40,474 nucleotides of DNA. Source: a bacterium. Its GTDB lineage: Bacteria; Sysuimicrobiota; Sysuimicrobiia; Sysuimicrobiales; Humicultoraceae. Shown here one piece after another: positions 1-8,976 of this stretch. The DNA lies in assembly GCA_041486265.1 (NCBI GenBank), contig JBGPLF010000003.1:1-40474 (forward strand). Direction: 5' to 3'. The position numbers were made by a program, and so were the translations under genes. The notes under the pieces were generated by a model. The model saw nothing but the letters and a program-made list of their open reading frames with translations. It made no database searches and was not told where the DNA came from. Position 1 is the first letter of the stretch. The number at the start of each line of letters is the position of its first letter.

Positions 1-90
1 GCGGTGCTGCTCGAGGCCGGATTCTCGCGGCACGAGATCGATAGCCTCGAAGCCCACGGCATCGTGGTACGGACGGGCGCACCGGTCTGA
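1..90 (+). CDS. 3' end of a gene entering the window; probable CaiB/BaiF (family III) CoA-transferase C-terminus
   Basis: Frame 1 reads AVLLEAGFSRHEIDSLEAHGIVVRTGAPV-stop (TGA 88-90). This resembles the typical 'vL.elG.s..eI..L...Gvv' tail of family III CoA-transferases, and the neighbouring gene is MaoC-like. Only 29 residues are visible. Confidence 0.55.
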   Translation, partial: AVLLEAGFSRHEIDSLEAHGIVVRTGAPV

Positions 91-99
91 AAGGCTGCG

Positions 100-573
100 A
101 TGGATCGTGTGGTGGACCTGATGCCAGCTGTGGGCCTGAACCCCGGTACAGAATTGCCCGGCCTCGAGGTGGGACCGTTCACGTTGACGGACTTCGTCAG
201 GTGGGCAGCCTATCAGGAGAACTGGCTGCGGATTCACTACGACCGGGCGTATGCTACACAGCGCGTACACGGCGCCGACTGCATCCAGAGTGGGCATCAT
301 CGGACGGCCCTGTTGACCAGAATGATCACGGACTGGCTTGGCACGCGGGGACGGCTCGTGCGCCTGGCCGTGCGGCATACGGCGCCGGTGTTTCCCGGGG
401 ACTCGATTCGATGCCGGGGGCGTATCCGGAGTTCGACCCTGGGCGGCGGAGAGATGGTCGTGGAGCTGGACATCTCGGCAGTGACCACTGACGCGCGGCT
501 GGTAAGCGAGGGGACGGCGGTCGTCGGCATCGCATCCCCTGCGCCGGGCGAGCGCCGCCGGGAGCAGCGGTGA
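100..573 (+). CDS. MaoC-like hot-dog-fold dehydratase
   Basis: 157 aa with 'G.ELP', 'RIHYD..YA' and 'PVFPGDSIRC.GRI' and a terminal 'SEGTAVV' strand, a pattern typical of MaoC/hot-dog dehydratases. Stop overlaps the next start (GTGA). Confidence 0.7.
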   Translation: MDRVVDLMPAVGLNPGTELPGLEVGPFTLTDFVRWAAYQENWLRIHYDRAYATQRVHGADCIQSGHHRTALLTRMITDWLGTRGRLVRLAVRHTAPVFPGDSIRCRGRIRSSTLGGGEMVVELDISAVTTDARLVSEGTAVVGIASPAPGERRREQR

Positions 574-1754
574 GGCTGGCCCATCTGACCACATCCGACA
601 TCAGCCTGGCGCTCCTCCTCGGGCATCAACTCAAGGCCTTCCAGGCCGCGGGGTTCGAGGTCACGGGCATCAGCGCCGATGGATCCTGGAGCCGGGCGCT
701 GGAGGCAGACGGCATCCGGCACATCGCCGTGCCCTCCTTGAGCCGCTCGTGGGCGCCGCTGTCCGATGCGCGCGCCTTCGCCGATCTGGTCGGGATCTTC
801 CGCCGCCGCCGGTTCGACATCGTGCACACGCACAACCCGAAGACCGGCGTGCTCGGTCGAATCGCGGCTCGGTTTGCCGGCACGCCGGTCGTCGTGAACA
901 CCGTGCACGGGTTGTACGGCACCGATGGCGGGACGGCGCGCCGGGCAGTGTACCTGGGGCTCGAGCGAATGGCCGCGGCGTGTTCGGACTTCGAGTTCTG
1001 TCAGAGCCGGGAGGATCTTGAGGCGCTCCGGGAGCTGCACATCATCCGCCCCGAGCGGTCGATGTTCATCGGGAACGGGGTTGACCTTACCGCGTTCGAC
1101 CCGGCCGCCGTCGATCGGGCGGCGGCGCGAAAGGCGCTCGGCGTCGACGATGCCACGATCGTGGTCGGCGCGGTGGGGCGGCTGGTGTGGGAGAAGGGCC
1201 TGGCGGAGTTGTTCGCCGCCGCCGAGCGCGTGCGCGCGTCGCGGCCCAACGTGCAGTTCGTCGTGATCGGGCCGCCGGATGACGGGAAGGTCGACGCCGT
1301 GCCGCGCGAGGTGACGGCCGACCTCGAACGGCGCGGGGTGGTTAGGTTCCTGGGCCTGCGCACCGACATGCGCGACCTGTACCGCGCGATGGACATCTTC
1401 GTGCTGGCGTCGTACCGTGAGGGGTTTCCCCGCTCCGCGGTTGAGGCCGCCGCGATGGGATTGCCGCTGATCCTGACCGACATCCGCGGATGCCGCGAGG
1501 TGGTGACGGACGGTCACAACGGAGTGTTGATCCCACCCCGTGACGCCGCGGCGCTCGAAGCGGCCGTGCGTTCGCTCATCGACCGGCCGGCCGTCCGGCG
1601 CCAATTCGCGGAGGTCAATCGGGAGTTGGCGCGGACGACCTTTGACGAACGCCGCATCATCACGCAAGTGCTTGAGGTCTATCGCACGCTGCTGGCGGAG
1701 AAACATGGGCGCGCCATCGACGGTCTCGGTCAGGAAGGCCTCTCCGGCCGATAG
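570..1754 (+). CDS. GT4 family glycosyltransferase (CapM-like)
   Basis: Motifs 'DIVHTHNPKTGVLGR', 'VGRLVWEKG' and 'SYREGFPRSAVEAAAMGLP' (EX7E). Confidence 0.92.
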   Translation: MRLAHLTTSDISLALLLGHQLKAFQAAGFEVTGISADGSWSRALEADGIRHIAVPSLSRSWAPLSDARAFADLVGIFRRRRFDIVHTHNPKTGVLGRIAARFAGTPVVVNTVHGLYGTDGGTARRAVYLGLERMAAACSDFEFCQSREDLEALRELHIIRPERSMFIGNGVDLTAFDPAAVDRAAARKALGVDDATIVVGAVGRLVWEKGLAELFAAAERVRASRPNVQFVVIGPPDDGKVDAVPREVTADLERRGVVRFLGLRTDMRDLYRAMDIFVLASYREGFPRSAVEAAAMGLPLILTDIRGCREVVTDGHNGVLIPPRDAAALEAAVRSLIDRPAVRRQFAEVNRELARTTFDERRIITQVLEVYRTLLAEKHGRAIDGLGQEGLSGR

Positions 1755-2316
1755 CGCCGCGATTGCGGCGATGCATTTGGAGCAGATTCCGACGGGGCAG
1801 CTTTCGAGCATGGGCGCGGGGTTCGTGACGGCGTTCTATCGCACGCTCATCGATTCGGACCTCGGATTCGCTTTCGTGGCCGAGCGCGATGGGCGTCCGG
1901 TCGGATATGCCACGGGGATCGTTCACTGGCGGCGGTTCTACCGGATCTTCGTCGGCCGGAACTGGCTGGTGGCCGCACGGGCCGTCATCCGGCGGTTCCT
2001 CAGCCTGACCCGCTGGCGCAGGCTTGCGGAGACGACCCGGTACGCCGCGGCGGCCACGCTGCCCGATGCCGAGCTCCTGTCCATTGCCGTGCGTCCCGAG
2101 GCCCGCGGCACCGGGACGGCGGATGCGCTCGTCCGGGAGGTCCTTGGGGAATTCGCCCGCCGGGCCGTGACGCAGGTGCGCGTGACGACGGCGTCCGACA
2201 ACGTTCCCGCGGCCCGGCTCTACGAGCGCGCGGGGTTTCGCCTGTTCGGCAAGATGCAGATCCATCCGGAGGAGAGCGCCGACGTCTACCTGATTGCGCT
2301 TGAGGGAGCACGCTGA
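1705..2316 (+). CDS. GNAT family N-acyltransferase
   Basis: 'ELLSIAVRPEARGTGTA' (acyl-CoA binding motif A) and 'NVPAARLYERAGF' (motif B). Start moved from 1540 to the in-frame ATG at 1705, which follows GGAG. Confidence 0.85.
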   Translation: MGAPSTVSVRKASPADSAAIAAMHLEQIPTGQLSSMGAGFVTAFYRTLIDSDLGFAFVAERDGRPVGYATGIVHWRRFYRIFVGRNWLVAARAVIRRFLSLTRWRRLAETTRYAAAATLPDAELLSIAVRPEARGTGTADALVREVLGEFARRAVTQVRVTTASDNVPAARLYERAGFRLFGKMQIHPEESADVYLIALEGAR

Positions 2317-3089
2317 TGCAGTTGATTGCGGATGACCTGTCCAAGATTTACAATTCGCACCAGGGCGATATCCTGGCGCTCGACCGCGTGTCGTTCCGCA
2401 CCCACGACTCCGAGTTCGTGTGCATCGTGGGGCCCAGCGGGTGCGGCAAGACCACGCTGCTGAAGATCCTGGCCGGCCTGATACTGCCGACCGGGGGGGA
2501 GGTACGGTACGAAGGCCCCCGGTCCGACGCCCCCCTGAACGCGATGGTGTTCCAGGAGGACAGCGTCTTCCCCTGGATGTCGGTCCTGGACAACGTGGCC
2601 TTCCCGCTCGAGATCAGGGGCATGAGCCGGCCACGACGGCACGCGGTGGCCCGCGAGTTCGTAAACCGCGTCGGGTTGGGGCGGTTCGTCGACCATTATC
2701 CCCGCCAGCTCTCGACCGGGATGCGGCAGCGTGTCGGCATCGCCCGGGCGTTCGCGTGTAATCCCCAGGTTCTGTTGATGGACGAACCCTTTGGCGCGCT
2801 CGACCCTCAGATGAAAACGGTGCTTCAGGAGGAATTGCTCGCCCTCTGGTCCGCGCATGCGCGGACCATTATCTACGTGACGCATGACATCGACGAAGCC
2901 ATCTTCATGGCCGATCGCGTGATCGTGCTGAGCGGGCAGCCGGGGCAGATCATGGCCGACCTGCCTGTGCCGTTCGGCCGTCCGCGGGCGCCGGCGGTGC
3001 GAACTCATACCGCGTACCTCGCGATGCGCGAGCGCATCTGGGCGCTGGTCCGCGGCGAGGTCATGAAGGTCCTGGGAGGCGCCGCATGA
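2316..3089 (+). CDS. ABC transporter ATP-binding subunit, nitrate/sulfonate/taurine (SsuB/TauB/NrtD) family
   Basis: Walker A GPSGCGKTT, signature LSTGMRQR, Walker B LLMDEPFGALD and 'VTHDIDEAIFMADRV'. Confidence 0.93.
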   Translation: MQLIADDLSKIYNSHQGDILALDRVSFRTHDSEFVCIVGPSGCGKTTLLKILAGLILPTGGEVRYEGPRSDAPLNAMVFQEDSVFPWMSVLDNVAFPLEIRGMSRPRRHAVAREFVNRVGLGRFVDHYPRQLSTGMRQRVGIARAFACNPQVLLMDEPFGALDPQMKTVLQEELLALWSAHARTIIYVTHDIDEAIFMADRVIVLSGQPGQIMADLPVPFGRPRAPAVRTHTAYLAMRERIWALVRGEVMKVLGGAA

Positions 3090-3928
3090 GTCACGACATC
3101 GTTGCTCCCTCCGGAGAAGCCCGGGGCAAGTCCCACACTCCCGACGCGCCGAGGCGCGTCTTCGCGCCGGCCAGGATTGGGCGGCAGTGGACGATGCGCG
3201 CGCTGTCCCTTGCGTCCCCCACCGCACTGCTCCTGGTATGGGAAACGGTCGCGCGGGCCGGTCTCGTCAGCAGGCTTTTCTTCCCCGCGCCATCCGCGAT
3301 CATGGCGACGCTGGCGGCGCTGATCATCTCCGGCGAACTGTGGACCCACCTGAGTCTCAGCCTGCAGCGTGTCGCGTGGGGGTTCGTGTTGGGCGCGGTC
3401 CCTGCTGTGGTGCTCGGTCTGGCGATGGGGTGGTCGGGGAAGGTCCGCATCCTGTTTGAGCCGCTGATCTCGTCGACGCTACCGATTCCCAAGCTGGTGG
3501 TACTCCCGATCATCATGCTGATCTTCGGGGTCGGCGAACCATCAAAGGTGATCATCGTGGCGGTGGGCGCGTTCTATCCGGCTGTGATCAACGCCGCCGC
3601 GGGCGTGAACGGGATCCGCTCGGTCTATTTTGAGGTCGCGCGGAACTTCGGCGCGACCCGCTGGCAGCGATTCTGGAAGGTTGTCGTTCCGGGCAGCCTC
3701 CCGATGACGTTCGCTGGGCTGCGGCTGGCGTTCGGCATGGCGTTGTTGATGGTGGTCGCCTCGGAGTTCGTGGCGGCCCGGCGGGGGATTGGGGCGCTGA
3801 TCTGGCTGTCCTGGGAAACCCTCCGGACAGACAAACTCTATGCAGGGATTGCATCGTGGGCCATGGTGGGTGTCGTGTCCGCGACCCTGCTGAGCGCCCT
3901 GCAGCATTACATCATCCGCTGGGAATGA
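3086..3928 (+). CDS. ABC transporter permease, SsuC/TauC family
   Basis: Multiple hydrophobic segments, 'FFPAPSAI', 'SLQRVAWGF' and an EAA-like loop 'EVARNFGA'. ATGA overlap with the ATPase gene. Confidence 0.9.
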   Translation: MSHDIVAPSGEARGKSHTPDAPRRVFAPARIGRQWTMRALSLASPTALLLVWETVARAGLVSRLFFPAPSAIMATLAALIISGELWTHLSLSLQRVAWGFVLGAVPAVVLGLAMGWSGKVRILFEPLISSTLPIPKLVVLPIIMLIFGVGEPSKVIIVAVGAFYPAVINAAAGVNGIRSVYFEVARNFGATRWQRFWKVVVPGSLPMTFAGLRLAFGMALLMVVASEFVAARRGIGALIWLSWETLRTDKLYAGIASWAMVGVVSATLLSALQHYIIRWE

Positions 3929-3962
3929 GTGCACGACGTCGCAGGCCGCGGCGCATCCGGCT

Positions 3963-4691
3963 ATGATCCGGCGCACCATCGACATCCTGACGGCGGCCGG
4001 GCTGCTGGTGCTCACGGCGCCCCTGCTGGCGGTCGTCGCGGCGCTCAACTGGATCACGTCGCGCCATGTCTTTTTCTCGCAGCCCCGGATCGGTCGCAAC
4101 CTGCAACCCTTCACGATCGTGAAGTTCCGGACGATGGTCGACGGCGCCACCAGGCAGGGGAGCGTGACGGTCCGCGGCGACAGGCGCATCACCGCCGTGG
4201 GGCGGGTACTCCGCGCGCTCAAGCTCGATGAACTCCCGCAATTGATCAACGTACTGCGCGGCGAGATGAGTCTCGTTGGGCCCCGGCCTTTGACACCCAA
4301 CGAGGTCGCGGCGATCCCGCCCGATCTGTCCCGCCGGGTGTACGCCGCTCGCCCCGGCATGACCGGTATCGCGTCGCTGGCGTTCATTGACGAGGAACGC
4401 ATCCTGGCCGCGTCTCCCGATCCGCAGAGCGCGTACTTCGGGCGTGTGCTTCCTCAGAAGGTAGCGCTCGAGCTCGCCTACACCGAACGCCGGACCTGGC
4501 GGACCGACCTGGCGATCCTGATCCTCACGCCGCTGGCGGGCCTTTCCGGTTCGCTCCGCCGGGCCGCGGTCGCCCGGCTGGTGCCGTCGTGGCCGGAGGG
4601 CGACCCGGGGGCGATGCCGGGTGATCGCGCGACTGATTGGCGCCCCACGCTCACGATGCCATCGTCCACCCAGAAGGAGCGCAAGCCATGA
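3963..4691 (+). CDS. Priming polyprenyl-phosphate sugar transferase (small PglC/WbaP-type)
   Basis: Motifs 'KFRTM', 'KLDELPQLINVLRGEMSLVGPRP' and 'RPGMTG'. Confidence 0.93.
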   Translation: MIRRTIDILTAAGLLVLTAPLLAVVAALNWITSRHVFFSQPRIGRNLQPFTIVKFRTMVDGATRQGSVTVRGDRRITAVGRVLRALKLDELPQLINVLRGEMSLVGPRPLTPNEVAAIPPDLSRRVYAARPGMTGIASLAFIDEERILAASPDPQSAYFGRVLPQKVALELAYTERRTWRTDLAILILTPLAGLSGSLRRAAVARLVPSWPEGDPGAMPGDRATDWRPTLTMPSSTQKERKP

Positions 4692-5872
4692 CCCTGCCAT
4701 TATCCCGACCCGATATCACGGACCTGGAAGTCCAGGAGGTCCTGAGCGTCTTGCGGACGCCGTGGCTCAGCATGGGGCCCAAGGTGGTGGAGTTCGAGGC
4801 ACAGGTCGCCGGCTATCTGGGGAGGCGGCACGTGATCGCGGTGAGCAGCGGCACCGCTGCGCTGCACCTGGCCGGTCGCGCGCTGGGCTTCACCGACGGC
4901 GTCGAGGTCATCACGACCCCTTTCACCTTCGCGGCCACGACGAACATTCTGCTGTTCGAGCGCGCCCGGCCGGTGTACGTCGATGTCGATCCTGTGACGC
5001 TCAACCTGGATCCCGATACGGTGGCGGCGTTCATCGACCGCGAGTACCGCGCCGTCTCAGGGCATCTCGTCCGGCGCTCGACCGGCCGGGCACTGGCCGG
5101 CATCCTGCCGGTCGCGGTCTTCGGCCACCCGATCAAGATGGATCAGTTCCGGGCGCTGGCGGATGCCCACGGGCTGCGCATCCTGCACGACACTGCCGAG
5201 GCGTTCGGGTCGGAGTACTATTCGGCCGTCCAGCAGCGGTGGCTCAAGGTCGGGACGCTCGCCGATGTCGCCGTTTTCGCCTTCTATCCCAACAAACAGA
5301 TCACGACCGGAGAGGGCGGTGTGATTGTGACCGACGACGATGAGGTCGCGGCCTACTGTCGCAGCGGCCGCAACCAGGGGCGGGCCGCGGACGCCGACTG
5401 GCTGCGACACGACATGCTGGGGTTCAACTACCGGATGGACGAGCTGTCCGCCGCGCTGGGGGTCGCGCAGATGAAACGCTTCCAGGCGCTGGCGGCCAAG
5501 CGTGCGCAGGTCGCGGTCTGGTACGCGGAGGCGCTGGCGGGCATCCCGGATCTGACTATTCCCACCGCGGCGCCGTGGGCGCGCGTCAACTGGTTCGTCT
5601 ACGTCGTCCTGACCGGGCCCCGCGTCGATCGCGACGCGGTCATGGGCCACCTGGACCGCCGCGGGATCGCGTGTCGGGCCTACTTCCCGGTCGTCCATCT
5701 CCAGCCATACCTGCGGGCCGCGGGGGGTTATGCCGAGGGAAGCTATCCGGTCGCCGAGGACGCGAGCCGGCGCGCGATTGCACTACCGTACTTCAACGAC
5801 CTGACCCGTGAAGACATCGGGAAGGTCGCGGGTGCCTTGATGGAGGGAGTGAGGACCAGTGTTTCGGTTTAG
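4688..5872 (+). CDS. DegT/DnrJ/EryC1/StrS PLP-dependent sugar aminotransferase
   Basis: 'VSSGTAALHLA', 'TTPFTFAAT', 'FYPNKQITTGEGG' (PLP lysine) and 'GFNYRMDE'. Start placed at ATG 4688 (AAGGAG upstream, ATGA overlap). Confidence 0.93.
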   Translation: MTLPLSRPDITDLEVQEVLSVLRTPWLSMGPKVVEFEAQVAGYLGRRHVIAVSSGTAALHLAGRALGFTDGVEVITTPFTFAATTNILLFERARPVYVDVDPVTLNLDPDTVAAFIDREYRAVSGHLVRRSTGRALAGILPVAVFGHPIKMDQFRALADAHGLRILHDTAEAFGSEYYSAVQQRWLKVGTLADVAVFAFYPNKQITTGEGGVIVTDDDEVAAYCRSGRNQGRAADADWLRHDMLGFNYRMDELSAALGVAQMKRFQALAAKRAQVAVWYAEALAGIPDLTIPTAAPWARVNWFVYVVLTGPRVDRDAVMGHLDRRGIACRAYFPVVHLQPYLRAAGGYAEGSYPVAEDASRRAIALPYFNDLTREDIGKVAGALMEGVRTSVSV

Positions 5873-7790
5873 GGTTACACCCACCCCGCTGCTGCGCGCG
5901 GCCGTCTTCTTCGCGGGGGATCTCGCGGTCTGGGTGTCTGCGCTCTTCATTGCGTTTCTCGTCCGGTTTGACGGCAGGATTCCCGCGCTGTATCTTGACG
6001 ATCCCCCGGTGCTCCTGTTGCTGTTCATCCCGGTCAAGACCGCCTGGAACTGGATATTCCGCCTGTACCAGATCTCGTGGAGGTCGGTGGGACTCTCGGA
6101 GCTCTTGAACATCTTCAAGGCGGCCGGCGCAGCCTCGCTGACGATCGCCGCGGGGCTGATCCTCCTGCGGCCGATCGACGCCTTCCACGAGTTTCCCAGG
6201 TCGGTGTTGGTGCTGGACTTCGTGCTGTCGTTCTGCGGCGTCGGGCTGATTCGCGTGAGCCGGCGTATCTGGCAGCGGCAGTTCGACCGGCGTCGCCGCG
6301 CCTCCGAAGACAGTCCCAGGCTGCTGCTGGTCGGCGCCGGGGCGGCCGGCATCCGGCTCGCCCAGGCGATGGAGGAATCGACGCATAACGGGTACCATCC
6401 GGTCGGCTTCATCGATGATGATCCCTCTAAGTGGGGCACGTACATTCATGGCCTTCGCGTCTTCGGAGGCCGCGCCTCGATCCCGGACGTGGTTGCCCGC
6501 TACGACGTCGTGGAGGTCTTGATCGCGGTTCCTTCGGCCCCGTCAAAGGAGATTCGTGACATCGTCGGATGGGTCCGGCGGGCCAACGTCGAGCGGATGC
6601 GGATCCTGCCGAGCGTGCATGAACTGTTGTCGGGCAAGGCGACGCTCAAGGACGTCCGGCAGATTGAGATCGCCGACCTCCTCGGGCGTCCTCCGGTCAC
6701 GATCGCCACCGACGAGATCTACGAACGCCTCGAGGGAAGCCGCGTGCTCGTCACCGGCGCGGCGGGCTCGATTGGTTCTGAGCTCGTCCGGCAGATCGCA
6801 CGCCTGGCGAGCTGCGAGATCGTCGCCCTGGACATCAACGAGACGGGGCTGTTCCAGTTGGAAGAAGAGATCAAGCGCGTGTTCCCGAGCGCCTCGCTCC
6901 GGACGCTCGTGGCAGACATCCGCGACGCCTCCAAGATGGACTGGGTGCTGGCATCCGTGCTCCCGCGGACCATCTACCACGCCGCCGCCTACAAGCATGT
7001 TCCGATGATGGAGCGTGACGTTGACGAGGCCGTGAAGACCAACATCCTCGGGACCCTGGTCCTGGCGGAGGGCGCCGTTCGCCACGGCGTGGAGACCTTC
7101 GTGCTGATCTCGACCGACAAGGCGGTCAAGCCGACCAGCGTCATGGGCGCCTCGAAGCGCGTGGGCGAGCTCGTCGCCCACATGCTTAGCGTCCGCGGCC
7201 GGACCCGCTTCCTGACCGTCCGGTTTGGCAACGTGCTGGGGAGCCGGGGAAGCCTCATCCCGCTGATCCAGGAGCAGATTCGGAACAACGGCCCGGTCAC
7301 ATTGACCCACCCGGACATGACACGCTACTTCATGAGCCCGGTGGAGGCGGTACTGCTGGTTCTTCAGGCTTCGACGTCCGAGCAGCAGCACGGACTCTAC
7401 GTTCTCGATATGGGCGAGCCCGTGCGCATCGCCGACCTGGCCGCCGAGGTGATCCGGCTCTCCGGTCTTGAGCCCGATAGGGACATCCCTATCGTGTACA
7501 CGGGCGTCAGGCCGGGAGAAAAGATCGTCGAGGAGCTCTCCAGTTCCTTGGAGTCGATGAAGCCGTCAGAGTTTCCCGGCATCTTTGAGGTCGTTCATGA
7601 GCATGAACCGGATGAAGTCATGCTCCGGCTGGCCCTGCAGCAACTGGAACACCTGGTCGCCCGCCGGGACGACGCCGGTATCCGTGCCATCCTTCGCCAC
7701 CTGTCCTCGGAGGGCGCCAGCCTGTCGGCGCTCCCGCCCGAGGGAGAGCCCCTGACTCGGACGGCCTCCACGAATCCGGACGCACCATAG
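5859..7790 (+). CDS. Membrane-bound NDP-sugar 4,6-dehydratase (PglF/CapD/WbpM family)
   Basis: N-terminal transmembrane region, then 'VTGAAGSIGSEL', 'HAAAYKHVP', 'STDKAVKPTSVMGASKR' (MxxxK), 'RFGNVLGSRGS' and 'GVRPGEK'. Confidence 0.93.
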   Translation: MFRFRVTPTPLLRAAVFFAGDLAVWVSALFIAFLVRFDGRIPALYLDDPPVLLLLFIPVKTAWNWIFRLYQISWRSVGLSELLNIFKAAGAASLTIAAGLILLRPIDAFHEFPRSVLVLDFVLSFCGVGLIRVSRRIWQRQFDRRRRASEDSPRLLLVGAGAAGIRLAQAMEESTHNGYHPVGFIDDDPSKWGTYIHGLRVFGGRASIPDVVARYDVVEVLIAVPSAPSKEIRDIVGWVRRANVERMRILPSVHELLSGKATLKDVRQIEIADLLGRPPVTIATDEIYERLEGSRVLVTGAAGSIGSELVRQIARLASCEIVALDINETGLFQLEEEIKRVFPSASLRTLVADIRDASKMDWVLASVLPRTIYHAAAYKHVPMMERDVDEAVKTNILGTLVLAEGAVRHGVETFVLISTDKAVKPTSVMGASKRVGELVAHMLSVRGRTRFLTVRFGNVLGSRGSLIPLIQEQIRNNGPVTLTHPDMTRYFMSPVEAVLLVLQASTSEQQHGLYVLDMGEPVRIADLAAEVIRLSGLEPDRDIPIVYTGVRPGEKIVEELSSSLESMKPSEFPGIFEVVHEHEPDEVMLRLALQQLEHLVARRDDAGIRAILRHLSSEGASLSALPPEGEPLTRTASTNPDAP

Positions 7791-7793
7791 TCG

Positions 7794-8390
7794 ATGCGAG
7801 GCGGGAGGGGGCTGGCGTTGGCGGCAGTGGCGATCCTGGCGGTCACAGCATATCGTGGGGGACCGTCGCTGCTGCAGGCGGCAGGAGATTACCTCGTCGT
7901 GAGCGACCCGGTGCGGCCCGCCGACGCCATTATCGCCATCGGGGGGGATGGCCGCGAGCGGATCACCACGGCGATGCAGTTGCTGCGTCAGGGCAACGGC
8001 CGGTGGCTGGTCATCAGCGGCGGCCCGTACGACTACGTGCGGAACTCCGCGACGGTGATGCGGGACCAGGCGGTTGCGGAGGGGGTGCCCGCGGACCAGA
8101 TGCTCGTGGATGACATCGCGGAAAGCACATACGACAACGCCGTCGGCGCCGCGCGCTTGATGAAGAGCCGCGGTCTCCACACGGCCATTCTTCTGACTTC
8201 TCCGTATCACACCCGGCGTGCAGCCGTCGTGTTCTCCCGGGTGTTCCATTCCGAGGGGCTTCAGGTTCGTGTGCGCGCCGTCGATGACGGGTACTTTAAG
8301 GTACACCGGTGGTGGACGCGAGATCGCGATCGCAAGCTCGTGCTTCGAGAGTATGTGAAGCTGCTGGCATTTCTGGGGGGCCTTCGATGA
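7794..8390 (+). CDS. YdcF/ElyC/SanA (DUF218) family protein
   Basis: N-terminal hydrophobic anchor, 'ADAIIAIGG', 'STYDNA', 'TSPYHTRRA' and 'REYVK'. Confidence 0.85.
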   Translation: MRGGRGLALAAVAILAVTAYRGGPSLLQAAGDYLVVSDPVRPADAIIAIGGDGRERITTAMQLLRQGNGRWLVISGGPYDYVRNSATVMRDQAVAEGVPADQMLVDDIAESTYDNAVGAARLMKSRGLHTAILLTSPYHTRRAAVVFSRVFHSEGLQVRVRAVDDGYFKVHRWWTRDRDRKLVLREYVKLLAFLGGLR

Positions 8391-8974
8391 GCGGGGACGC
8401 GAGCGACGACCTTGACATGCAGAAAGGCGAATCCCGGGTACGGGCCAGGACGCGGGTGCCGCGTCAGGGTGACACGATTCGCGCGGCCGGGGACCCGCTA
8501 CGAAGTGCGCTTCGCGAGACGGAGCGGCGGTTTCTCGCCTCGCAGGCCAGCGCCGCGGCGCGGGGGTCACCCACCGTGCTGTCGGAGTATCTGACGCTCA
8601 TGGCCGAACTGGGGGTCATCGACGAGCAGCTTGAAGAGGCGTCTGCCCGGCGGGACAACTCCTACCTGTCCGACCGGCGGTTGAACGCGCAGCGGGACTA
8701 CTGCCGCTGGCTGGCCCGCCGGGTGAGCACGGAGTTCCTCCTCCTGCTCGAGGTTCACCTCGAGCAAGAGCTGAAACGGCTCATCGCTCCCGACGCCTAC
8801 GAGCTCTTCCTCCGTTTTGAGAAGATCGAAGATGCCGCCCGCGAGATCGAGACGCTGCCCGACAACGATCTGATGGCGCGGGTGCGCGAGGGCACGGTCT
8901 TCCGGCAGATTCTCAAGCAGGTCCGGGTGTGGGACCTTCCGGCCAGGCCGCAAGAGCTCAGCAACAAACCATAG
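8387..8974 (+). CDS. Hypothetical protein, apparently alpha-helical
   Basis: Fills the gap exactly, with an ATGA overlap to the upstream gene and its stop 2 nt before the next start. E/R/L-rich; no motif recognised. Confidence 0.6.
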   Translation: MSGDASDDLDMQKGESRVRARTRVPRQGDTIRAAGDPLRSALRETERRFLASQASAAARGSPTVLSEYLTLMAELGVIDEQLEEASARRDNSYLSDRRLNAQRDYCRWLARRVSTEFLLLLEVHLEQELKRLIAPDAYELFLRFEKIEDAAREIETLPDNDLMARVREGTVFRQILKQVRVWDLPARPQELSNKP

Positions 8975-8976
8975 CC

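Noticed and set aside
2316-3928. Wzm/Wzt polysaccharide exporter
   Set aside because: The motifs (LLMDEPFGALD, EAA loop) are those of SsuB/SsuC-type importers, and a Wzx flippase is present.
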